64,000 nucleotides of DNA from an uncultured Acidobacteriota bacterium (GTDB taxonomy: Bacteria; Actinomycetota; Acidimicrobiia; Spongiisociales; ZC4RG35): the NCBI GenBank assembly GCA_963828465.1, contig CAWHEU010000022.1, positions 1 through 64,000 on the forward strand, given 5' to 3'. The number at the start of each line of letters is the position of its first letter. The stretch's first letter is position 1. The translations under genes and the position numbers were made by a program. Positions 35,304 through 45,825 of the stretch are shown piece after piece. The notes under the pieces were generated by a model. The model saw only the letters and a list, made by a program, of their open reading frames with translations. It had not been told where the DNA came from and made no database searches.

Positions 35304-36291
35304 ATCAAGGTCTTCCTGAGCTACCGGCGGGACGACACGGCGGGGCGCGCCGGAAGGCTCCACGACGCCCTGGCCTCGAGTTTCGGCACCCGCAACGTGT
35401 TCATGGACGTTTCCGCCATCGCGGTCGGCACCGACTTCGTCGACCAGGTGGAACGAGCGATCTCGACGAGCGACGCCTCGCTGGTGGTGATGGGGCCGAA
35501 TTGGCTCGGGGCCACTGACCCCGAAGGCCGTCGGCGGCTCGACGATCCCCAGGACCACGTGAGGTCTGAGGTGCGCTCCGCGCTGGCCTCACCCAACCCG
35601 GTGGTTCCGGTGCTGGTCGGGGATGCATCGTTGCCGACCGAGGACCAACTGCCTGACGATCTGAAAGCCCTGGCGCGCCGACAAGCCGTGGAATTGCGGG
35701 ACGAGACATGGTCTGAAGATGTCGAGATGCTGGTCCGGCGTCTCGAAGGCAAGGAGACGGTCCGGGAACCCCGCCGCTGGATTCTGCTGGCCATTGGCTT
35801 GATACTCCTGGGTGGCGTCGGCGCCGCTATCTGGATGGCTCAGGCAGGCGGCGAGGATGAGTTGACCCAATGCTCGGTGCCGGACGAGACATGGACCACG
35901 ATCGACGTGGAACCCGGCGCCACGGACGTCGAACAATTGGAGCGGGATCGGGCACTCCGCTACACGGTGGTGAGTACGGATTTCAGGGATGAACCCGGGG
36001 ACGAGTGGTACGTCGTGCTCCATGTGAGGCTGGAGAACGAGTCCACGGACGTGGCGGGAAACGACGACCACACCGGGTACGGACCGTCGATCTTCGACGC
36101 CCTGCACGTCGATGAGATCTCGGTCGGGGGCCCTTACTGCTTTGGCGAGAACAGTGGTGACAGCGATCTCGCCCCGGGGGAGGCGGCCAACGCACGGGTT
36201 GGATTCCTCTCCGTACCTGGACCCCACCGAGGCAAGTCTGATGCTCGAGACCGATGGGCCCCTCTTTATCGAGATCACCCCGGGCGCGTGA
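35304..36291 (+). CDS. TIR domain + single TM + extracellular Ig-like domain; non-standard start; probable frameshift near 36216
   Basis: KVFLSYRRDD..AGRL.D.L..VFMDV..I..G.DF..LVVMGPNW..DHVRSEV..VPVLV..LP..L..LARRQA; TM WILLAIGLILLGGVGAAIW; shifted frame ends LDPTEASLMLETDGPLFIEITPGA* (TGA 36289-36291). Confidence 0.75.
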
Positions 36292-36821
36292 TGCCGACGG
36301 TCCTGTTCTCGGGCCACATGGTCGATGCACCAGACCGGCCGTCTCCACGCTTCCCACCCGAGCGTGTTCCCCTGGTGCGGCGGGCGATCGCGGAAGCCGT
36401 CTGGCTCATCGATGACACCGACGCGGAGGCGATCTCGGGACTCGCCTGCGGGGGCGATCTCCTCTTCGCCGAGGAATGGCTGAAGACCGGGCGGCCCTTG
36501 CACGCCTATCTGCCACGTGAAGAGGCGGATTTTCTCGACGAGTCGGTTCGTTTTGCCGGCTCGGAGTGGGTGGACTCGTTCCGTGAAGTGACCGCTGATC
36601 CGAACCTGGTCCTGATCGGTCCGGACCAAGAGATGCTTGGTTTGAACGAACCGCACACCGCGAACAACCTCCGCATGCTCGAAGCTGCGTTGCTGCGGCC
36701 CGGCGCCCTCAACGGTCTGTTCCTTTGGGACGGCAAGGGAGGCGACGGTCCGGGAGGCACCGAGCACCTGGCCTCTGAGGTGGTCGAGCAGGGCGGGAGT
36801 GTCACCGTTCTCCGTCCGTAG
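36291..36821 (+). CDS. Stand-alone SLOG-like nucleotide-binding domain protein
   Basis: VLFSGHMVD.PDR..PRFP, SGLACGGDLLFAE, LP...F..SV..W, N..ML, LWDG..GDGPGGT; TGATG overlap with the upstream gene. Confidence 0.75.
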   Translation: MPTVLFSGHMVDAPDRPSPRFPPERVPLVRRAIAEAVWLIDDTDAEAISGLACGGDLLFAEEWLKTGRPLHAYLPREEADFLDESVRFAGSEWVDSFREVTADPNLVLIGPDQEMLGLNEPHTANNLRMLEAALLRPGALNGLFLWDGKGGDGPGGTEHLASEVVEQGGSVTVLRP

Positions 36822-36861
36822 GTTTCGACGAGGAAGCTGTCCTTCCGCATAAGGTTGAAGG

Positions 36862-37704
36862 ATGGGATTTCGCCTGGCCCTCGTCCAGCCGGTCGCCCAT
36901 CGTCCGCCGGACGACGAGCGGAATGTGATGGATGCACTGGGGCAGATCTCTTACGCCGGCTCACAGGGTGCGGAAGTCGTGGCGTTTCCCGAGACCTACC
37001 CGGGCCCGTGGCGCACACCGATGACATTCGATCCCACGGAGGCGATGGCGGCTGCAGCGAGAGAGCACGGCGTTACGATCCAGTTCGGAACGCTGGAAGC
37101 AATCCCAGGTGAACCCGAGGCGGCGTACAACGTCCTCAAGCTGATCGGCCCTGACGGAAGCATCAGCGGTGTCTACCGCCGCACTCACCCGCCCGGGCCA
37201 TGGATCTACGCCGGTGGGGTCTGGGATTTCGACTATCGGGTCGGCAACGAGTACCCGGTGTTCGAGAGTGAACATGGGACCGTCGGGCTGGCGATGTGCA
37301 GCGAAGCGTTCATGCCCGAGGTGACCCGTGCCCTGGCGCTGCGCGGGGCTGAGATCATCTTCATGCCCGCCGGAATCGACAAGAAGAAACTGTGGGCCGC
37401 CTGGCGAAACCTGATCTGGGCCCGGGCCACAGAGAACCTGGCCGTGGTTATCACGACTCAGAACCTCTTCGACAGATCCGAGCGAGGTCTGGCCATGGTT
37501 GCGCAACCCGAAGAGGTGATTTTCGAGGATGACGGCCCCGGCACCTTTCTGATCGACCTCGACCTCACGAGGATCCGCGAGATGCGGGAGCAAGTGGACG
37601 GCCCGAAGTCATCGGAGGAATACGGCGCCAAGCCTGGTGTGCTCACCCAGTGGCAAAGACCCGAGATGCGGGACAAGGTCTATCCCGCGGTAACCCGCAC
37701 ATAG
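36862..37704 (+). CDS. Carbon-nitrogen hydrolase (nitrilase superfamily)
   Basis: ALVQ, FPE, YN, MCSE.F.PE..R.LAL.GAEI, ARA.EN. Confidence 0.9.
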   Translation: MGFRLALVQPVAHRPPDDERNVMDALGQISYAGSQGAEVVAFPETYPGPWRTPMTFDPTEAMAAAAREHGVTIQFGTLEAIPGEPEAAYNVLKLIGPDGSISGVYRRTHPPGPWIYAGGVWDFDYRVGNEYPVFESEHGTVGLAMCSEAFMPEVTRALALRGAEIIFMPAGIDKKKLWAAWRNLIWARATENLAVVITTQNLFDRSERGLAMVAQPEEVIFEDDGPGTFLIDLDLTRIREMREQVDGPKSSEEYGAKPGVLTQWQRPEMRDKVYPAVTRT

Positions 37705-37721
37705 AGAGCGGTGACCCGCAT

Positions 37722-40557
37722 CTAGGACCGGTCCTCGATGGCCTCCGGGGGCTCGATCCACTGCAATACCGTTCGGTAGTCGGCGGCGGCCCCTTCGGCG
37801 ATCAGGCGGTCCCGCTCCGGTGGAAGGAGACCACCCTCGACCTCTTCACGGAATCGGGCCATTTCGTCCGGACTGGCCCCGACCCGGTTCCGCTCGACGC
37901 TGCCGAGAAACCGGGCGGCTGCAGACAGGTCACCTTCCGCCAGAGCAAGACGGAGGGCCTGTGCCGGGATCCCGGCCTGGACCTCTCGATCGAAGAGGAG
38001 GAGACGGTGGGCGGCCGATGTGAGCTCGACCCTGGCCGCCGCGAGACGTCCTTCATCGATGTGGCTGCGGATCGCACGGGCGCCCGATCGGGCGGAGCAG
38101 GGCAGATCACCCACTTCGGCCAAGATCCCGGCTGCCTCGGCCAGATCGTCGGTTGAGGCCCCCAGTCCGAGATCCTGGGTCACCGCCCCGTGGTAGTAGA
38201 GGGCATGGCCCAACCCGTGACGGGATCCCAGATCACTCAGGATCTCGATGCTCTGGCGCAAGTTGGCCAGGACCCACTCATCGTGACCGGATCCGATGTG
38301 GCTGGCCGAGGTCATCATCGATGCCGCGGCCAGATATCCGTCGCCGACCGTCAGCGCCTTCGAGATCGCGGCTTCGACATGCTCCCGCCGCTGTTCCGGA
38401 GGACCGGCCTGCCCGAAGGCGAGCATGAACTCGATGATCGCCTGATCCCATTCCGGGTCCCACATCGGCGGGTGCCGGACATTCGCCAGAATCTGACGAC
38501 CCTCCTCCATCCAGCCGCCCGCGTCCTGATGACCGACGAGGTTGGAATAGGCCATCCCGCGGGTCAGCGTGAGCCACCCGACGAGCGCGTCGTCCCCGGC
38601 GCTCCGGGCACATTCGAGACCCAGATCTGCATAGTTCACCGCGGCCGGGTCGGTGAGGAAGGTCGCCAGCAGAGAAGCGGCCAGCCACGCCCTGGCGGCC
38701 ATGGCGGGCGAGGCTTCGTCGCCATGTGATCGGAGCGCTCCCACCAACAGGTCCCGGCCTTCGACCTGGAGACTGGATTGGGCCCAGAACCAGGTCAGAT
38801 CGAATCCGATGTCGAGGAATCGGTCGATCTCCCCACGGCCGAGCAACGTGGACATGGCAACGCGGATGTTGTCGTTCTCCAAACAGGAGACTGCGGTTGG
38901 CCTGACGCTGGTCGGGACCGCGCAAGCTCGGGGCGATCTGCGCCACTGCGTTGGCGTAGTGAATGGCGTGGAGGAGCCGTACTTCGTCTTCCTCTCCTTC
39001 ATCGGCCAGACGGGCCTGTCCGTATTGGCGGATCGGCTCGAGGAGTCGGAAGCGAGAAAAGCGAGCTTGCTGGATAGGCACCACGAGCGACTTGTCCACC
39101 AGCTGATCGAGCAAACCGAAGACATCGGTGGTGTCTCCGACGTTCTCAGCAGCAGGGAGATCGAACCCGCCGGCGAAGACCGAAAGACGTCGGAAAAGCG
39201 CCGACTCTTCCTCGCTGAGCAGGTCGTAGGACCAGCCGATCGTGTTCTCGAGGGTTCGCTGCCGGCGCACCGTCGTCTTCGAGGCTGCGGTGAGGACCCG
39301 GAACGACGTCTCGAGCTGGTCGGCGAGGTCGAGGAGGGTGAGAGTGCGGACCCGTGCCGCGGCCAGCTCGATGCCGAGAGGAATCCCGTCGAGACGACGG
39401 CAGATCCTGGCGATGGCTTCCAGGTCGGCGTGCGAAGGGGCGAGATCCGGCTTCATCCTGGCGGCCCGGTCGAGGAAGAGACGCACCGACTCCGATCGCG
39501 CCAGGTCCGATCCCTCTCCGGGCAGGCCAAGCGACGAGACCCGGAACACGATCTCGGCGGAGGTCCCGAGCGTCTCCCGTGATGTGGCCAGGATCGACAG
39601 GCCGGGGCTGGATCCGAGCATTTCTACCGCGATCGCCGCAGCCTCTTCGAGGAGGTGCTCACAGTTGTCCAGCAGCAATAGGAGCTTTCTTCGGGCTAGG
39701 TGAGCCTTGATCACCTGGATCAGGCCCATCCCGTCGCCGGCGCGCAGGCCCCAGACGTCGGCCACCTCATTCACGACCAGGGCCGGATCTGCGATGTCGG
39801 CCAGCCCGGCCATCCAAACGCCATCAGGGAAGTCGTCTCCGAGGGCTCCGGCTACTTCCATGGCGAGACGGGTCTTGCCGGTCCCACCAACCCCGGTGAG
39901 GGTTACCAGCCTGTTGGACTGGAGCAGGGCCTTTACTTCCTCGAGGTCCTCGCGCCTCCCTACAAACGAGGTGAGTTGCGCCGGGAGATGAACCAGGTCG
40001 ACCGGCTCGGTGCGCAGTGGCTCGGTTACCTCGGGCAGATCGGGATGGAGCAGCTCGAAGAGGCGCTCCGGGCGTTCCAGGTCCCTGAGAGGATGGACCC
40101 CTCGGTCCTGCAACTCCATGGGGGCTTCAACCAATTCTGCGGTCAGCTCAGCAGTGGCTCCCGACACCAGAATTTGCCCACCGTTCGCCGCTGCCATCAC
40201 GCGGGCCGCCCTGTTCACATCGGGCCCGAAGTAATCGCCGGCCCGTTCGTACGAAGTGCCGGTATGGACCCCAATCCTGACGCGGATCGCCGGCCCTTCC
40301 CAAGCTTCGTCCAGAAGACCGAGCTGGGCCCGCATTGCGGCGCCAAGCGCGGCCAACGGCGTGGTGAAGGCGGCGGCAAAAGAATCCCCGGCGCTGGAGA
40401 AGACGTACCCATCGAGGTCAGCGATGGCGGATTCGAGAATGCGGTCGTGGGCGATCAGGCTCGCCGCCATGCCGTCACGGTCCGCTTCCCAAAGACGGGT
40501 CGAACCGGCCACGTCGCTGAACAGGAACGAGACCGTGCCGGTGGGCCTGGAGTCCAC
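37722..40557 (-). CDS. Class III cyclase + NB-ARC-like ATPase + helical repeats; frameshift near 38880
   Basis: FLFSDVAGST, DYFGPDVNRAAR, Walker A GVGGTGKT, LLLDNCEH, TSRE, LDGIPLGIELAAAR, LSVFAGGF; GTG 40557 preceded by TACCCT-N6. Confidence 0.88.
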
Positions 40558-40675
40558 CGTCGGAGGGTATCGGGGTCCCACGCGGGCCGCTAAGACGTCG
40601 GGTTCTACCGCGTCGGCAGGAACCAGTAGACGTAGCCGCACTCGGCAGCTCTCGTGAATGCACCCATCGCCGGGG

Positions 40676-42073
40676 TCAGTCGCCGGTTGTCAGCCAGCCC
40701 GGCTCGGGGTCGCCGAACATCTCGAGCAAGTAGTCGCGTGAGGCCTCGACCGCTCGGCGGGGCGCATCGAGCGAGGCCTTGAGCTTGAAGTCCTCCTTGA
40801 GCACCTCGCCGTCGACGAGGACGGTTTTCACATTGGAGATGTCGGCCGCGCAGACGACCGCACCCACCGGGTCGATGATCGGGGCGATATTCACAGCCGA
40901 CCCGTCGATGATCACGACGTCCGCCTTCTTCCCGGGTGTCAGCGACCCGGTGCGATCGGCGATTCCCGCCACATCGGCACCACCGATCGTGGCCCAGGCG
41001 AGTGCATCACGGGCGGTGATGAGGCCAGGCGATGCTTCCAAGCCGTCGAGGTCATCGTCCCAGGCCTCCTGGTGCTTGCGCCCCCGCTCGGACCCGAAGA
41101 CGGCATGCATCTGGGTGAACTGGTCGGCCGACGCGGTAGTTGCAACGTCCGACGAGAGCCCGATCGGGATGTTGTACTCGACAGCCGTGACCGCCGGCGC
41201 CCACCCGTGTCCCATCTGGATCTCTATCTGCGGGGCGAAGCTGACGTTCCCGCCCGAATCGCTGACGAGCTGCCACTCCTCGTCGGTGAAATGCGAGGCG
41301 TGGACATACGTCGTGCCCGGATAGAGGAGGTCCATGTCCCGTAGCGCCGTGATCTGGCCCTTCGTGTAGCCGAACCGGTCCATGGCGACGTGCACGGTGA
41401 TGTCGATGCCGAGCTCGTTGGCCAGCTCCCAGTCGTGACGCACGACTTCGGGCTTGCAAAAGCCGGGTCCTCGGGTGGCCAGGCCCATGGTGACCCGGCC
41501 CTCGTCGCTGCTGAAGTACTGCGACCGCAAGCGGCGTGCCTCGTCACCGTCCGACGTCAGGACGCTTCCGGTGTAGTCGGGGCCGAACCACCAGTCCACC
41601 AGCGATGTGTTCGGGAAGCCGTATGCGAAGACCGATCGGATGCCCGTCTCTTCGAGCGCGGCGACCGAGGCGTCGGCATGCTCGGGCGTGTTCATGATGT
41701 GGGCCCAGTCGACCAGCGTTGTGATGCCGGCGTTGATGCACTCGAGCGCTCCCCACTGTGTCGCCGAGTGGACATCCTCAGGCCGGTAGTGCGGGGCGAA
41801 CTTGTCGAGGATCGCGCTGAAGTATGTGATCAGAGCGAAGTCGGGGGCACATGTCCGGATGCACGTCTCCCAGGTGTGCCGATGGGTGTCTATGAAGCCG
41901 GGGATGACAATGTCGCCGGTCGCATCGATGACCCGGGCATCGTCGGCCGACAGGTCGGTGCCGATGGCGGCGATCTTGTCGTCCTCGATCAGCACGTCAG
42001 CCTTCGGCAGCTCGCCGAGCTCAGGGTCCTGGGTCAGGACGATCCCGCCGCTCAAGAGGATTCGATCAGTCAC
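40676..42073 (-). CDS. Metal-dependent amidohydrolase (MTA/SAH deaminase/chlorohydrolase-like)
   Basis: PGFIDTHRH, GITT..DW.H, ITVHV, YVHA, LSSD, GSLTPGKKADVV. Confidence 0.92.
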   Translation of the reverse strand: MTDRILLSGGIVLTQDPELGELPKADVLIEDDKIAAIGTDLSADDARVIDATGDIVIPGFIDTHRHTWETCIRTCAPDFALITYFSAILDKFAPHYRPEDVHSATQWGALECINAGITTLVDWAHIMNTPEHADASVAALEETGIRSVFAYGFPNTSLVDWWFGPDYTGSVLTSDGDEARRLRSQYFSSDEGRVTMGLATRGPGFCKPEVVRHDWELANELGIDITVHVAMDRFGYTKGQITALRDMDLLYPGTTYVHASHFTDEEWQLVSDSGGNVSFAPQIEIQMGHGWAPAVTAVEYNIPIGLSSDVATTASADQFTQMHAVFGSERGRKHQEAWDDDLDGLEASPGLITARDALAWATIGGADVAGIADRTGSLTPGKKADVVIIDGSAVNIAPIIDPVGAVVCAADISNVKTVLVDGEVLKEDFKLKASLDAPRRAVEASRDYLLEMFGDPEPGWLTTGD

Positions 42074-42192
42074 ACCTAATGCCTTTCTCCTTGGCCTCGG
42101 TCAGGATCGTAACCCCTCCAAGCAAGAGGTTTCCGAGCAGCATGCCTCGTTCGGAAAGGAGCGGATTCAGACCGACTAACCAGTGAACCGGC

Positions 42193-43777
42193 CTAGTTCT
42201 CGCGTCGGGTGGAGAGAGCTTTTTCCGTCAGGGCGAACACCTTGACCGGTCTCTGTACACCCTTCATCACCAGGTCTTCGACCGGAACCCCATCGACCCG
42301 GTCCTGTACCGCTGCCATGGTCCGCTCAGAGACCAGGACCTGACGCGGCTCGGCAGCCGTGGCAAGTCGAGCCGCCACGTTCACGTGGTTTCCCACCACC
42401 GTGTAGTCGGTCCTCGTCGACGAACCGATGTTGCCCACCGTGACATATCCGGTGCTGATCCCGACGCCGACGGAGAGCTCCTCCTCAGAACGCATCCACG
42501 TGGCCCGCAGCTCCTCCACCTTGGCCAACATCTCGAATGCGGTAGCCACGGCCCGTTCGGCATGATCCTCGAACGGGATGGGATCACCGAAGAAAGCAAG
42601 CACTCCGTCCCCCAGGTACTTGTCCAGCGTGCCCCCGTTGGAGAAAACGATGTCGGTCATGGCGCTGAAGTACTCGTTCAGGGCATCGACGAGCTCCTCT
42701 GGCTCCATTCGCTCCGCGATCTGTGTGAAACCCCGGATGTCCGAGTAGAGGATCGTCAGATTGCGTCGGACCGAGGCGAAGGCCACCGGCTCGTCCCCGG
42801 CGAGTATCGCGTCCGCCACTTGCGGAGAGACGTATCGCCTCAGCTGCTCGGTCCGCTGCAGCTGGGTGACCTGTTCTTCGATGGTCTGCTCCAGATTGGC
42901 ATTGAGCTGGCTCAATCCCTCGTACAAGGTGGAGAGCTGCCTGCTCGTCCGGTTCAGGTTGACCGTCAGCCTCCCGAACTCGTCACGGTTGGGGACTTCT
43001 ACTTCCTGGCCGAAGTCGCCGTCGGCGATCCTTCCCAGTGCCAGATCGATCTTTCGCACCGGGCGCACCAGCGACCACGACAGGATGGCTCCCATCGCCA
43101 GAGCGGTGAGCAGGCTGACCCCGGCGAACGCGGCAACAGTCACCGTGAGGAAGCGGCGATTCCCCCGGAAGTTCTCGAGCTCGGACGCAATGTCTTCCCT
43201 CCAGCGAGCCGATCATCAGGTTGAGATCGTCTTCCAGCTCATGTGAGATCTCGTGCTCGGCCGAGATGTGAACATCGGAGGCTCGGGTCATGTCGCCGGC
43301 CTCGTAGAAAGCCAAGACTTCTTCAGCTGCCTCGGCGTACCGGAGGTCGGTTGCGTCGATTCGGTCGACGATGGCGACCAGCTCTTCGTCTGCCACATCT
43401 CTGATCGCCTGCATGTCGTTCGTGAAGTTCTCTTTGGCCTGGGCGATCTTGTCGTTCCACGAGTCGACCTGGGTGATCAGGGCCATAGCCCGGTAATGGC
43501 TCTGCGCTGTCACTGCATAGATGCCCTGCTGGGCGAGCTCCAGCTGATCTTGGAGCTCGATCACCTGGTCCATCTGCCGGTTCATCGCGTTGATCACGAC
43601 GATGCTGAAGACCCCCATGGCAAGAAGGAGCAGCGCACTCAACAGGAAGCCGGCGAGCAGCTTGGTGTGGATCGTCGCCGGCGCACGCGCCACCATGTCG
43701 ATGAGCGGGCGCACCCAACGGACGGGGAGTGGATCTGGATTTGGTTCCGGCGCGCCCTGATTGACCGCGTCTGTCAT
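42193..43777 (-). CDS. Membrane sensor-HAMP class III adenylate cyclase; frameshift near 43197
   Basis: Two TMs flanking a helical sensor; HAMP (RPV..I..GDF..NRDEFG.L); SDIRGFT, DKYLGDG, YTVVG..VNVAARL. Confidence 0.88.
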
Positions 43778-43843
43778 GTGCCTCCCACCTGACCGATGCC
43801 CGGCTTTAGAGCGATGAAGCCTATTCCCTCGAGCTGATCGTCG

Positions 43844-43862
43844 TAGGGGTGTTTATCCCCAT
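43844..43862 (-). promoter_or_regulatory. Imperfect inverted repeat, possible operator upstream of the HAMP cyclase
   Basis: TAGGGG-TGTTTAT-CCCCAT lies about 20 nt upstream of a minus-strand TAGGCT (43818-43823). Confidence 0.35.
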
Positions 43863-43898
43863 GCCAGCGGCGTGCCAGATCGGAGACAGCGCTACCGG

Positions 43899-44363
43899 TT
43901 AGGCCAGCCGATGCTCGTAGTGAATCAAAGTGATGTCGGGGAACACGGTCTCACCGACTCTCACAAAGCCAAGCCTCTCGTAGAAATGTTGATTGCGGGT
44001 GGCGTACGCCGGTGTGTCCAGTGTCCAGACGGTGGCCGGAAACGTCCGCTCGATGAATCCCATCGCCTGAGTGCCGATGCCTTGGTTGTGGTGGGCGGGA
44101 TCGATGGCGAGGACGCCGAGATGGAAATGCCCCGCACCTTGATCGATGACAGTCATCCCTCCGATGATCTCGCCATTCAATGAGACCTTGTAGCCCTCGC
44201 CGCGGGCAATCGTGGCCAGAGTCTCCTCCACCGAGTCGTAGCCGGGAGGGCCGCCGATCTCGACCCCTGGATAAAGGCGAGCATCATCGTGGAAAGCCGC
44301 GATCTGCACTTTGACCAGGTCCTCGGCGTCAGCGGGAGTCGCCAGCTCGAAATCGATGTTCAT
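43899..44363 (-). CDS. GNAT N-acetyltransferase
   Basis: AIDPAHHNQGIG, N.HFYERLGF. Confidence 0.9.
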   Translation of the reverse strand: MNIDFELATPADAEDLVKVQIAAFHDDARLYPGVEIGGPPGYDSVEETLATIARGEGYKVSLNGEIIGGMTVIDQGAGHFHLGVLAIDPAHHNQGIGTQAMGFIERTFPATVWTLDTPAYATRNQHFYERLGFVRVGETVFPDITLIHYEHRLA

Positions 44364-45563
44364 CGACGTTCCGCCCGGAAGATCGTCACCGGGTCGGCGA
44401 TACCCTTCAGCTCGAATTCACCGATCTCGGTGAGCCTGAAAGCCGTCCCCCGAGACGATCCCCACCACCGGCTCACCGACGTACACCTCGGCTGCGTCAG
44501 CCTGGGAAGCGATCCGGGCCGCGAGATTGACGGTCCGCCCGAAGTAGTCACCTTCGTCGTAGAGCATTGGGCCGGCATTGACCCCGATATGGGTGTCGGG
44601 GAGCCCGCGGCTGGGTGCGCTGTCGACCATCTCCAGGGATGCCATCACGGCATCGTCGGGATCGCGGAACTGGAGGAACACGCCGTCGCCCAGCAACTTG
44701 ATCACGTTGCCCCGATAATCGGCGGCCACCTCGGTCGCCAGCTGAGCAAAGGTGAGGGCGACCTCTGCCGCCACATCGTCACCGGATTCCTCGGTCAGTT
44801 CCGTGAAGCCGCTGAGATCGGCAAACACCGCGGTCTCCAACTGGTGCGGCTGGCGTTGCCGAACACCGGCCTGCTCGAGGGCGGTCTCGACGTGCCCGAA
44901 CTGATGCTCGGTGGAGAATGTCTCCGAGTGTCGACGGAACAGCCAGCTCAACAGGTCCTCGCCCGAGCGGCCAACCCGGAGGCCGACTTCACGCAGTGCC
45001 GCCTCGTACGCGTCATTGTCGTTGAGTCCTCTTCGCCGAAACTGTTCCTCGACTGTCTGATGGAAGTAATGGGGCAGGTACTGGGCAACGCGACGCGTGC
45101 TGTCTCCCCAGACCCGCGCCATCCGGATCACGTCCCGTTCATCCAGACCCGCGGCGAAGAGGATCCGGACCTCCCGCAGGGCTTCGAGGTCCTCTTGGCG
45201 GACGAACTCGTCCGCCTCGGGCCGGGGCAAGCCAAAGGCCATGTAGATGCTGTCGAGCGTGGCAAATGGGATCCCGATCGCTTCGGCCTCTTCGGCAAAG
45301 GTGACATCCGACCGAGGGAATCGCCGGCCCGCGCTCTCGAGGTAGCCGAGCGACAGATGACCTGATGCCAGCGCAGTGGCCAGCGACTCCTCCTCGATTC
45401 CCATCTCATCGAGCTGACGGACCACCCGCACCTGCATGACGTCCCGACGCTCGAACGCGCCGTCCTCGGATTGAAGGATTCCCAGGTCTACGAGCCTCCT
45501 GATGTGCGCAGGGCTCGTGCCGGACCGATCGGCGAGCTCCTCTTCGGAGAGGCGGTCGGCCAT
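44360..45563 (-). CDS. Class III adenylate cyclase with N-terminal regulatory helical domain (Rv1264-like); frameshift near 44435
   Basis: VFADLSGFT, IKLLGDGV, DYFGRTVNLAARI; C-terminal FELKGIADPV in the alternative frame. Confidence 0.88.
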
Positions 45564-45574
45564 CCGACCGCCTC

Positions 45575-45724
45575 TCAGTCGGCGTAGGCGAGTGGGTCGG
45601 TCATGAAGACGTCGTGACAGACCTGGGAGCAGAAGTAGTAGGTCTTGCCTTCATATTCAGCCGTCGCCGCGGCGTCATCCGTGTCGATCTTCATCCCGCA
45701 TACGGGGTCCGTGACCATCGCCAT
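45575..45724 (-). CDS. YHS domain protein
   Basis: DPVCGM..YEGKTYYFCS..C..F..DP..Y; GGAGG RBS. Confidence 0.9.
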   Translation of the reverse strand: MAMVTDPVCGMKIDTDDAAATAEYEGKTYYFCSQVCHDVFMTDPLAYAD

Positions 45725-45825
45725 CGACAACCTCCTGGAGCCAATCCGTTCGTCATACCCGAGCGTATTCACGCGGAAACCAGGATGCATGGGCCCGGAA
45801 TGTCCCATCTACGCTCCGGAACCGT

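Noticed and set aside
35304-36821. Canonical Thoeris (ThsA/ThsB) call
   Set aside because: No SIR2 or Macro effector domain is seen; the TIR is membrane-anchored and the SLOG-like protein is stand-alone.
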